Shown here: positions 1-8,302 of the stretch, piece after piece
Layout: every line of letters begins with the position of its first letter
Position numbering within the stretch: position 1 is the stretch's first letter
Assembly (NCBI GenBank): GCA_023251395.1
Contig: JAHEYW010000005.1
Span: 1 to 41,694, forward strand
DNA: 41,694 nt
From: Bacteroidales bacterium
GTDB taxonomy: Bacteria; Bacteroidota; Bacteroidia; Bacteroidales; VadinHA17
Reading direction: 5' to 3'
Made by a program: the position numbers and the translations under genes
The notes under the pieces: generated by a model
The model's input: only the letters and a program-made list of their open reading frames with translations
What the model was told of the DNA's origin: nothing
Database searches by the model: none

Positions 1-726
1 AAGCCGGAGCAGTTCTATATGCTTCTTACTGAATCGAAGGATTATCCCAAATCTTCTCAGCCCAATGAAAAATCCTTTGTCAGTCTATATTCTCATCTCG
101 CATCACACTATGATTCTGTAATTGCAGTCAATCTGTCTGACAAGCTGAGTGGTACCTATCATACCAGCCAGAAAGCAGCACTGGCAGTGAGCAAGGAATT
201 CGGGAAACCTGTTACAGTCATTAATTCAAAAGGTATATCCGGGTCAATAGGCCTTCTTGTTCTCAGAATTGCGGAGTAAATTGAAAAAGGATATTCACAC
301 GACCAGATAGTGATCATGGCTGATAAATGGATAAAAGACACAAAGATCCTTGTGACGATTCAGACAATAAAATACCTGATCAAAGGCGGCCGTCTGTCAA
401 CCACGAAAGGATTTCTTGCCGGATTGTTGCATGTAAATCCTATAATATCCCTTAACGAATCAGGGAAAGCAATAGTCTTTGATAAGGGGTTCAACAAAAA
501 ATCCAATATGGAGAAAATTGTTGCTCTTATCAGAAATAGAAATCTTGAAAATCCAATCTGGAACTACATAGTTTTACATGCCAATAATCCGGAAGCAGCA
601 GAATGGTACCGTGAGAGAATGGTGCAGATCACAGGGAAAGAACCTGTTTCTGTAATGAATATTTCACCAATAATCGGTGCAAATATTGGCGCAGGAGCAT
701 CTGCTGTTGCCTTTATGAATGAATAA
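1..726 (+). pseudogene. DegV-family fatty-acid-binding protein; the 5' end lies outside the window and one in-frame TAA (277-279) interrupts it
   Basis: Frame 1 is open from nt 1. ORFs 19-279 and 310-726 share that frame and together read as one DegV protein (SQPN, LSDKLSGTYHTS, IKYLIKGGRLS, IIGANIGAGA). The stop falls in the helix joining the two DegV domains (LRIAE*IEKG). Confidence 0.75.
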
Positions 727-1516
727 TCATAACATGGATTTTTTTAAGATCTATCTTGAGGCACTATATGTGATCTTTACAGTGATGTGTCTTCTTTGGA
801 TTGTAAGCATTTTTATCAGAAATGTCAGTATTGTGGATATTTTCTGGGGAATAGGTTTTGTTATTACCTGTTGCGTTTATTTTATCAGCACGCCTCCTCA
901 TGGATCAAGGAATATCCTTATAATGACACTGGTGACTTTGTGGGGACTAAGACTTGCTATATTTCTTGCCTGGAGAAACGCAGGAAAGGGAGAAGATTTC
1001 AGGTACAGGGAATTCAGAAAAAAATATGGTGAAAAACGCTACTGGTGGATAAGTTTCTTTCAGACATTCCTGCTGCAGGGGTTGCTGATGTGGCTGATAA
1101 GTGCACCACTTCTTGGTTCACAGTATCTGCACCAGGAAAGGGCGCTGAGGATACTGGATTTTATAGCAGTGATAATCTGGGTCATTGGTATTTCATTTGA
1201 AGCAGGTGGAGATTTTCAGCTTGCAAGGTTCAGATCAGATCCGGCAAATAAGGGGAAGGTTCTTAATTATGGGTTCTGGAAATATACCCGTCATCCCAAT
1301 TATTTTGGTGACTCTGCTGTCTGGTGGGCTTATGCTCTCTTTTCTGTTTCTGCCGGCAGTTATCTTCCTGCTTTCGGATCATTACTTATGACTCTGCTGA
1401 TTATTAAAGTCTCGGGAGTAGCGCTTCTTGAAAAGTCTCTGTCAGAAAAAAAACCTCAATACAGGGAGTATATTGAAAAGACAAGTGCATTTTTCCCCTG
1501 GTTTCCAAAGAAATGA
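719..1516 (+). CDS. DUF1295 / steroid 5-alpha-reductase-like polytopic membrane protein
   Basis: Multiple TM segments and the C-terminal FWKYTRHPNYFGD motif typical of the DUF1295/ICMT-like superfamily. The start overlaps the DegV stop (ATGAATGAATAA). An alternative ATG lies at 734. Confidence 0.7.
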   Translation: MNNHNMDFFKIYLEALYVIFTVMCLLWIVSIFIRNVSIVDIFWGIGFVITCCVYFISTPPHGSRNILIMTLVTLWGLRLAIFLAWRNAGKGEDFRYREFRKKYGEKRYWWISFFQTFLLQGLLMWLISAPLLGSQYLHQERALRILDFIAVIIWVIGISFEAGGDFQLARFRSDPANKGKVLNYGFWKYTRHPNYFGDSAVWWAYALFSVSAGSYLPAFGSLLMTLLIIKVSGVALLEKSLSEKKPQYREYIEKTSAFFPWFPKK

Positions 1517-1599
1517 AAAGGATATCAAAATAAATCCTTCATCATCAACTTCTCTCTACAATTTGTTTATTACTTTTATCCACCTAAAAAATATTTTTT

Positions 1600-2907
1600 T
1601 TGGAAACAGGTAAATTAATCAGTCCTTCGCGTGCTACAGCTATTGTCGTTTCCAACATGGTTGGGACAGGAGTGTATACAAGCCTGGGTCTCCAGGCAGC
1701 GGGAATTCATTCAATAATTGCTCTGGTTTTTATCTGGATAACCGGCGGTCTTGTTGCATTATGCGGTGCTCTTACTTATGGTGAGCTTGCTGCAAGGATC
1801 CCCAGGTCGGGTGGCGAATACGTATTCCTTTCAAGGATATTTCATCCGGCTTTCGGCTTCCTGTCTGGATTCATTTCGATGACAATCGGGTTCGCTGCAC
1901 CTCTTGCAATATCCGCTATTGCTCTTGGTACGTATGCCGGAAATCTTATCAGCATTAATCCGGTATTAATAGGTGTTTCAGTTGTTATTCTGCTGACAAT
2001 CCTTAACTCAAGCAGCTTCAGAACAGGTGCCAATTTTAACTTTGTGATGACAAGCATCAATATTGTCCTGATCCTCGCACTTTGCCTGGCTGGCTTTATT
2101 AAAGGACATCATCCTGGATTTTCTGTTTCATTCAACCATTCTGATCTAAAGCAGATCATCAATCCTGCCTTTGCAATCTCTCTTGTTTATGTTTCATTTG
2201 CTTATTCAGGCTGGAATTCGGCAGCTTATATAACTCACCAGGTGAAAGATCCGGTAAAGAACCTTCCTAAAATCCTCATCACCGGTACTCTTATTGTAAT
2301 GATTCTTTATACTCTTCTCAACTTTGTCTTCCTTTATACAGTGCCTCTCAGTGATCTGGAAAATAAAGTGGATATTGCTTTCATTGCTGCCCAGAATATT
2401 TTCGGCACTTCAGGAGGAAGGTTTGTTGCAGCTCTGATCTCCATCGGATTGATTGCATCGATCAATTCCCTTCTGATTATTGGGCCACGTGTCACGCAGG
2501 CTATTGCAGAAGACTACAAACCTCTTCATTTCCTTGGAATTGAAAACAGGAATGGTTCGCCAGTCTATGCAACAATTATGCTAACGCTTATTGCTCTTTC
2601 ACTTATCTGGACTTCAACCTTTGAGCAGATAATGACACTCATAGGTTTCACTCTTAGTTTATTTACAATTTCATCTGTTATCGGAGTTTTTGTATTGAGG
2701 TATACAATGAAAAAGAATGGAGAGGACTTTTACCATACTTTCGGATACCCCTTCATCCCAATATTCTTCATTCTTGTCGAAGGATGTATGATGATATATG
2801 TATTCTTCAACAAACCCGTCCAGTCGCTTATTGGGATTGGCATAACGCTTGTTGGTCTATTGATTTATTTCTTACTGATTAAATCGGATAAAAATGTCAA
2901 ACATTAA
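1600..2907 (+). CDS. APC-superfamily amino acid permease
   Basis: About 12 predicted TM segments. The N-terminal VVSNMVGTGVYTSLG and GELAARIPRSGGEYVF motifs are characteristic of APC transporters. A TTG start is needed to include the conserved N-terminus. Confidence 0.8.
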   Translation: METGKLISPSRATAIVVSNMVGTGVYTSLGLQAAGIHSIIALVFIWITGGLVALCGALTYGELAARIPRSGGEYVFLSRIFHPAFGFLSGFISMTIGFAAPLAISAIALGTYAGNLISINPVLIGVSVVILLTILNSSSFRTGANFNFVMTSINIVLILALCLAGFIKGHHPGFSVSFNHSDLKQIINPAFAISLVYVSFAYSGWNSAAYITHQVKDPVKNLPKILITGTLIVMILYTLLNFVFLYTVPLSDLENKVDIAFIAAQNIFGTSGGRFVAALISIGLIASINSLLIIGPRVTQAIAEDYKPLHFLGIENRNGSPVYATIMLTLIALSLIWTSTFEQIMTLIGFTLSLFTISSVIGVFVLRYTMKKNGEDFYHTFGYPFIPIFFILVEGCMMIYVFFNKPVQSLIGIGITLVGLLIYFLLIKSDKNVKH

Positions 2908-4045
2908 AAACCTGTCTTTCCTTTTAGCTTTTGTTCTCATCATGGCTGCATGCAATTCACAGCCAAAAAAAGTTGCTGTAGCTCCGCCTCCACCGAAACC
3001 TTTTTCTCATCCTTATGATACCGTAACAGAAGATAAGGCTTTGTTCATTTCAGGGATGCCTCATGGGAAATCTGGCTGTATGGCAAGGCTTGATACAGCG
3101 ACAATCTGGAAGCAGTTTTCCTACAGGCTCGATAGTGGTTTTTTTGATCTTGATACAGCTCGTTTCGCAAAAATGCAAAAATGGGCTAAAACCGAACTTA
3201 TTGATTGCGATGGAAGTACACCAGTTTTTTATCCATTCGGTGGACCTGACATCCTGAATGCAAATGTTTTTTATACTAATGCCTCAAGCTATATCCTTAT
3301 TGGTCTGGAACCTGTTGGAGCACTTCCCGACCTCTGTAACATGACAACTGATCAGGTAAACAAATATCTTGAAGATGTCAGGTATGCACTCAAAGATATT
3401 TTCAAAAGAAGCTATTTCATTACCGGAAATATGATAGGCGCCCTCAAGAAGAGCAGTATTAACGGATCAATTCCCCTACTGGCACTCTTTATCGAAAGGA
3501 ATGGGTATAATATAGTCTCTATAAACCCCGTTGGAATTGACCACAATGGTGATTGTCAGCCTGCCGATAGTCTGAAGGGACTAAAGGATTTTACACATGG
3601 CGTAAAAATTGATTTTGCAGCAGACACAGGAAAAAGGGTTCAGTCTGTCTTTTATTTCCAGACCGACATATCCGATGAGGGACTCAAAAAAAATCCTTCT
3701 TTTGAAAAATACCTTACAAAGCTTCCGCCTTGTAACACCTACCTGAAGGCTGCCTCATACCTTATGCACGGGATGGATTTTTCTGTGATCAGAAATACTG
3801 TATTTGAAAAGAGCAAAACCATACTTCAGGATGACTCGGGTATTGCTTACAGGTATTTCGATAAAAAAATATGGGATATTCATCTTTACGGATCATATGT
3901 GAGACCAGGTAAAGAATTCTCATGGATAAACGAGACTGATCTTTCAAAAGCCTATACCGATCCATCTGTAAAACCGGTCCCGTTCACACTTGGATACAAC
4001 TGGCGCACACAGCATATCAATCTCCTTTACGCAGTCCGTAAATAG
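2894..4045 (+). CDS. Lipoprotein of unknown function
   Basis: Lipobox-type signal peptide (LAFVLIMAAC-NSQ) followed by a Pro-rich linker. Long clean ORF whose start overlaps the permease stop by 14 nt. I recognise no family. Confidence 0.55.
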   Translation: MSNIKNLSFLLAFVLIMAACNSQPKKVAVAPPPPKPFSHPYDTVTEDKALFISGMPHGKSGCMARLDTATIWKQFSYRLDSGFFDLDTARFAKMQKWAKTELIDCDGSTPVFYPFGGPDILNANVFYTNASSYILIGLEPVGALPDLCNMTTDQVNKYLEDVRYALKDIFKRSYFITGNMIGALKKSSINGSIPLLALFIERNGYNIVSINPVGIDHNGDCQPADSLKGLKDFTHGVKIDFAADTGKRVQSVFYFQTDISDEGLKKNPSFEKYLTKLPPCNTYLKAASYLMHGMDFSVIRNTVFEKSKTILQDDSGIAYRYFDKKIWDIHLYGSYVRPGKEFSWINETDLSKAYTDPSVKPVPFTLGYNWRTQHINLLYAVRK

Positions 4046-4153
4046 TATAGGTGCCGGCTTATTTATAATAAGTTTAAATACCTATTTCTCTATTGACAGG
4101 AATGTAAAACCAATTATCTTTGAAACCTTGTTTTTAAAGATAAACAGGTTGAT

Positions 4154-5896
4154 TTGGCAATGAGCATGATAAATCCCGACACAATATTCTGGCTCAAGGA
4201 AAGCACCGTTATTTTTTTTCTAACATTTATTCATGAAGATGCAGCCATACTGGCAGCAGGATTCTCAAAAGTTGAAAATGGGCTGCCCATATTATATGCT
4301 TATGTTCCTGTTTATCTGGGGATTGTTGTCGGAGATATTATTATTTACTGGCTTGGCCGTCTTGCTCAATCAAGCAAATGGTTAAAGTCAAAAATTATCG
4401 GACCAAAAGTTGAACGGGTCAAATTGTGGCTTAACTCCCATCTGGTTCGCATACTTGTTGTCTGCAGGCTTACTCCGGGACTTCTGTTTCCGACATTTGT
4501 TGCATGCGGATGGTTTAAGATACCATTCTGGCGTTTTGCATCTGTTTCAATAATCGCCGGTGCTATCTATTCCTCTGTTGTACTTACGATTGTTATTTTG
4601 TTCGGTGACATTGTACTTAAAAGTCTGGGTTACTGGGCATGGGGAGCATTGGCTCTCATCGTTATTGCTTTTGGATTAAGAAACTTCTTCAAATCAAAAT
4701 TGGATCAATCTACTGAAAACGCTATGGGTGAAATTTCTCCTTCATTTTTTCAGGTTATAAGAAAGTATAAACCTTCCCTGAAAAATAAATTCAGCGGTAT
4801 GCCGTCACTTGCAGACCTGAAAAAATATGTTTCCTCAGCTGAAAGGATACCTAATTCTATTCTTTATATACCAGTGGCTATCCGCTGGTTTCTTCTGGCT
4901 CTCCGTTACAGGAGCATTACACTTCCTTCTGTTTCCAATCCAATGATTGAAACCGGAGGGTTCATGGGCGAATCAAAAAGTTCCGTGATGAATATGGTTG
5001 GCGACAATCAGAAAACCTGGGTTGCAGAGTATGTTACGATGCAAAGAAATGGAGAAGATGCGGAAAAGGATCTGAACCGGGCCCTGGAACTGATACATCA
5101 GAAGGGTATGGATTTCCCTGTTGTTGCAAAGCCCGATATCGGCTGGAACGGATATGGAGTTAACCTCGTGGAAGATATCAACCATCTTCATAAATATATT
5201 GCAACTTTCCCGAAAAATGGAAATATCATTTTCCAGAGACCTGTCAATCACGATGGTGAAGCCGGAGTGTTTTATGTGAGGATGCCAGGTGAGGAACATG
5301 GCAGACTTTATTCCCTTACTTTAAGATATTTCCCATATGTAATTGGTGACGGAAGATCAACTCTCAGACAACTTATACATAATGACCCCAGGACAAAACT
5401 CAGGGAGGATTTTTACCTTGGTGGTAAGACGAATCACCTGGGCTTTGGGAAAGATGACCTGGAAAATATACCTCAGGAAGGCGAACTAATCAGGCTTGCA
5501 TTTATCGGTAGTCTCCGTGTAGGAGGTCTTTACCGCGATGGGGGACACCTGATTACACCAGAGCTTACTGCAACATTCGATGCTATAGCAACCAGTATGC
5601 CGGAGTTTTATTATGGCAGGTTTGATATCAGATTTGAATCTACTGATCTTCTTAAGGAAGGCAAAGGGTTTAAAATAATTGAGATCAATGGAGCAGGTGC
5701 AGAAGCTATTCAGGCTTGGGATCCGAATGTTCCTGTAAGGAAACTCTATAGTGAGTTCTTCAAAGCACAGAGCCTTCTTTTCAAAGTTGCAGATCTAAAC
5801 AGGAAAAGAGGTTATAAACCAATGAAAATAAAAGACTTCCTGTTGGCAATCAGGAAGCAGAATAAGCTTGTGGATGGCTATCCGCCAGCTGCATAA
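4154..5896 (+). CDS. Fusion protein: N-terminal DedA/VTT membrane domain and C-terminal ATP-grasp ligase-like domain
   Basis: The N-terminal ~190 aa have the DedA pattern (HEDAAILAAG, GDIIIYWLGR, CRLTPGLLFPT). The C-terminal ~330 aa look like an ATP-grasp fold (VVAKPDIGWNGYGV, GEAGVFYV, FKIIEINGAGAEA). Start is TTG 4154 or ATG 4160. Confidence 0.6.
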   Translation: MAMSMINPDTIFWLKESTVIFFLTFIHEDAAILAAGFSKVENGLPILYAYVPVYLGIVVGDIIIYWLGRLAQSSKWLKSKIIGPKVERVKLWLNSHLVRILVVCRLTPGLLFPTFVACGWFKIPFWRFASVSIIAGAIYSSVVLTIVILFGDIVLKSLGYWAWGALALIVIAFGLRNFFKSKLDQSTENAMGEISPSFFQVIRKYKPSLKNKFSGMPSLADLKKYVSSAERIPNSILYIPVAIRWFLLALRYRSITLPSVSNPMIETGGFMGESKSSVMNMVGDNQKTWVAEYVTMQRNGEDAEKDLNRALELIHQKGMDFPVVAKPDIGWNGYGVNLVEDINHLHKYIATFPKNGNIIFQRPVNHDGEAGVFYVRMPGEEHGRLYSLTLRYFPYVIGDGRSTLRQLIHNDPRTKLREDFYLGGKTNHLGFGKDDLENIPQEGELIRLAFIGSLRVGGLYRDGGHLITPELTATFDAIATSMPEFYYGRFDIRFESTDLLKEGKGFKIIEINGAGAEAIQAWDPNVPVRKLYSEFFKAQSLLFKVADLNRKRGYKPMKIKDFLLAIRKQNKLVDGYPPAA

Positions 5897-5921
5897 TTGA
5901 CTATATATAAACTCATTAATA

Positions 5922-5956
5922 GGGGCTGTCTCACAAAACAGGAACAGCCCTTTTTT
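5922..5956 (+). terminator. Rho-independent terminator after the DedA/ATP-grasp gene
   Basis: GGGCTGT (5923-5929) pairs with ACAGCCC (5944-5950) and is followed by TTTTTT (5951-5956). Confidence 0.7.
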
Positions 5957-6116
5957 ATGCTTAAAATATTTTTGCTTTGAGTACTTCTCTTTCTTAACTT
6001 TGATAGAGTCATATATGATTGGTGGGAATCTAACGTGATTGTTTTGCCGGGTTTATAATTGATGATCAATATAATAAACTGAATATCAATCAAAACTAAA
6101 ACTAAAACCAATAACT

Positions 6117-6629
6117 ATGAGAATTCTGATCACCGGATTTATTGTTCTAGTCATCTGGTCCTTTTTCTCAATGTGGTTGTATGTGGATGTTCTGAAACCA
6201 TTGACAATCAAGCAACCCATTGTCATCCAGCCCGTTAATGAAAAAGCGATCAGAGAGGCAGATTCTCTCAGGAAATTCTACGCCTCGATGCCGAAAGACT
6301 TGCTGGTCTATTTTGAATTTGACAAAACCAAATTCAAATCTGATACGAAAACTGACAGCTCTGCTGTTGAATTTAAAAAATGGCTTGAAAATCACCCCGG
6401 ATACAAGCTTCAGGTAACAGGGAATACAGATTTTGTAGGAACACCTGAATATAACCAGAAGCTTGGGCTGGAGAGGGCAAAGATCGTTCAAAAATATCTT
6501 GAAGGTCTTGGAATAGGCCCGGATTTAATTATTGCTATATCACAGGGCGAGGAAAAGCCAATAGCCGATATTGTTACCTCCGCCGGGAGAGCATTGAACA
6601 GAAGAACCGAAGTAACTATAAAAAAATAA
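6117..6629 (+). CDS. OmpA-family (OmpA_C/MotB-like) peptidoglycan-binding protein with an N-terminal TM anchor
   Basis: The C-terminus reads GNTDFVGTPEYNQKLGLERAKIVQKYL ... NRRTEVTI, the OmpA C-terminal domain signature. One N-terminal TM helix. Confidence 0.8.
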   Translation: MRILITGFIVLVIWSFFSMWLYVDVLKPLTIKQPIVIQPVNEKAIREADSLRKFYASMPKDLLVYFEFDKTKFKSDTKTDSSAVEFKKWLENHPGYKLQVTGNTDFVGTPEYNQKLGLERAKIVQKYLEGLGIGPDLIIAISQGEEKPIADIVTSAGRALNRRTEVTIKK

Positions 6630-6632
6630 ATT

Positions 6633-6944
6633 ATGAATACACAATATATACTATTATTGCAATCAGCAACCTCTGCTATGATCGAGATTGTACTTCTCAT
6701 TCTTGGTGCCGGTCTGATTTGCTTCCTGACTGCCTGGTTTTACCAGAAATCTGTATATACCCCAATCATCAAAAAACTTGAAGCTGAAAAGGAAGAACTG
6801 ATCAGAAAAATCGAGGGACTTAATAAGGAAATTGAAAGCCTTAAAGGGAAAATAGCCACCCTGGAAAATATGATCAGGGAAAAAGATTCTGTTATTGCTC
6901 AGAAGAACAAGGAAATTGATGAGCTGAAGAATCCGAAGAAATAG
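6633..6944 (+). CDS. Small membrane-anchored coiled-coil protein
   Basis: One TM helix followed by a heptad-rich, K/E-rich segment (KKLEAEKEELIRKIEGLNKEIESLKGKIATLENMIREKD). Its start is 4 nt after the OmpA-like stop. Confidence 0.5.
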   Translation: MNTQYILLLQSATSAMIEIVLLILGAGLICFLTAWFYQKSVYTPIIKKLEAEKEELIRKIEGLNKEIESLKGKIATLENMIREKDSVIAQKNKEIDELKNPKK

Positions 6945-7039
6945 TTTTTGTTTCCTGTAACAGATACGTTTTTATAAAATCCAGGAATACAGGATAATCT
7001 TCTGACTTTGTTTTATGTCATCCGGCGTGAATCAAAACG

Positions 7040-7064
7040 GAGCATATATTTATATGCTCTTTTA
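7040..7064 (+). terminator. Possible hairpin terminator
   Basis: GAGCATA / TATGCTC inverted repeat followed by TTTT. It lies ~95 nt downstream of the coiled-coil gene. Confidence 0.35.
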
Positions 7065-7347
7065 CTTGATGTAATTCATTATTTATATTTGTCTGTCTGA
7101 TCTTTATATCAGCATATTTCCTAATTGAATTTCAAGCTTAATTATCCTGCCTTATAAAATTTCTGCAAGTCAGCTAAGAAATTATTGGTTTTACTTGAAT
7201 CTGGCCCCGGGTTGTTCTATATTTGGTCAATGTCCGATGTCTGATAATCATTTTGTTGTTAGGATTCTGATTCAGGTTGGGTAAAATAGATTGTCTTAAA
7301 CAGATGACTTTTAGTTATTTGCTTTTGTTTAACTAAATAATAACTCC

Positions 7348-7806
7348 ATGTCAAGAATCATTATCACCAGGAAGATGGTTTCATCCTTTCCACCCGGTCT
7401 CTTTACAATTAAGGAAGACCCATGGTACTCTACAATTATCAAACTTATACCGGCGGAGATCATCAGTGTCTATTTTGCAGTTTTCAATCTGATTAAAGTA
7501 AACAAGCAGCACCCGGATAATAATGATATCCTTCAGTTGATTGTATTCGGGCTATTTCTTTTAATCACCCCATTTTATCTCAAAAGAATTGCCAGGATTG
7601 AGTCCGCAAAACAGATAGTCTTCTGTTCCATCGCATTTACGCTCTGGGTTCTTTCCCTTGGCGGGCCGATTGAAGGAATCACAATGACCGGATATTCAAC
7701 CCAGTTTCTTGGATCTGTAATTCTTCCGGTATTTACTTTACTGGCTCCAATTATTTACCAGAAGACTGAAAAGGTTCAAAGTTCAAAGTTCAAGGTTCAA
7801 GGTTAG
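7348..7806 (+). CDS. Hypothetical polytopic membrane protein; its last ~11 codons are encoded by a heptamer tandem repeat
   Basis: Three or four hydrophobic segments. The C-terminal KVQSSKFKVQG is a translation of the (R)GTTCAA repeats at 7773-7805. Confidence 0.45.
   Translation: MSRIIITRKMVSSFPPGLFTIKEDPWYSTIIKLIPAEIISVYFAVFNLIKVNKQHPDNNDILQLIVFGLFLLITPFYLKRIARIESAKQIVFCSIAFTLWVLSLGGPIEGITMTGYSTQFLGSVILPVFTLLAPIIYQKTEKVQSSKFKVQG
7773..7805. repeat. Tandem heptamer repeat GGTTCAA/AGTTCAA x ~4.5; left arm of an inverted repeat
   Basis: Direct reading: GGTTCAA AGTTCAA AGTTCAA GGTTCAA GGTTA. It is complementary to 8238-8258. Confidence 0.85.
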
Positions 7807-7849
7807 GTGTTTAGGTAAATGATTTTAGTAATTCTAAAAGATTATCACT

Positions 7850-8236
7850 ATGAAAATTGAAAAATTTGAAGATTTGGAGATTTGGCAATTAGCAAGGGAA
7901 TTATGTAAAAATTTTCTTGTAATTACAATCTCAGAGCCTTTTTGCAATGACTTTAAACTTAGAGATCAGATCAGGTCATCTTCTGGTTCATTTCTGGATA
8001 ATGTCCCAGAAGGTTTTAAAAGAAATGGGAATAAAGAATTTATCCAATTCCTAAGTGTAGCAAAAGGTTCCTGTGGCGAATGCAGATCTCAATCATACAG
8101 GGCTTATGATTATCAGCATACAGATAATGACACATTAAAAGATCTTGTTCTAAGAACTTCAACTTTAAGTAAAAAAATCTCAAGATTTATTACTTATCTG
8201 AAACAAAGTGATCTAAAAGGAACAAAATTTCTTTAG
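7850..8236 (+). CDS. Four-helix-bundle protein (23S rRNA intervening-sequence protein family; distant Avd relatives)
   Basis: 128 aa. FEDLEIWQLARELCKNF at the N-terminus and SVAKGSCGECRSQ in the middle are the hallmark motifs of this family. Confidence 0.8.
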   Translation: MKIEKFEDLEIWQLARELCKNFLVITISEPFCNDFKLRDQIRSSSGSFLDNVPEGFKRNGNKEFIQFLSVAKGSCGECRSQSYRAYDYQHTDNDTLKDLVLRTSTLSKKISRFITYLKQSDLKGTKFL

Positions 8237-8237
8237 T

Positions 8238-8258
8238 CTTTGAACCTTGAACCTTAAC
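8238..8258. repeat. Right arm of the inverted repeat (TTGAACC TTGAACC TTAAC)
   Basis: The reverse complement GTTAAGGTTCAAGGTTCAAAG matches the left heptamer array with at least 13 consecutive complementary bases. Confidence 0.85.
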
Positions 8259-8302
8259 ATTGAATTTCCAAATATCATATTGCTATATCTAAATTAACTA
8301 TC

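Noticed and set aside
5878-6111. 77-aa minus-strand ORF in the spacer between the ATP-grasp and OmpA-like genes
   Set aside because: It overlaps the plus-strand terminator hairpin and AT-rich promoter DNA. The peptide is low-complexity and I/L/K-rich.
6117-6944. A Zorya-like or other MotB-based defence/stator module, suggested by the OmpA_C/MotB-like protein
   Set aside because: No MotA/ZorA-like multi-TM partner is adjacent. The neighbour is only a 103-aa coiled-coil protein.
7850-8236. A diversity-generating retroelement, suggested by the Avd-like four-helix-bundle protein
   Set aside because: The window has no reverse transcriptase gene, and I could not find a template/variable repeat pair near the gene.
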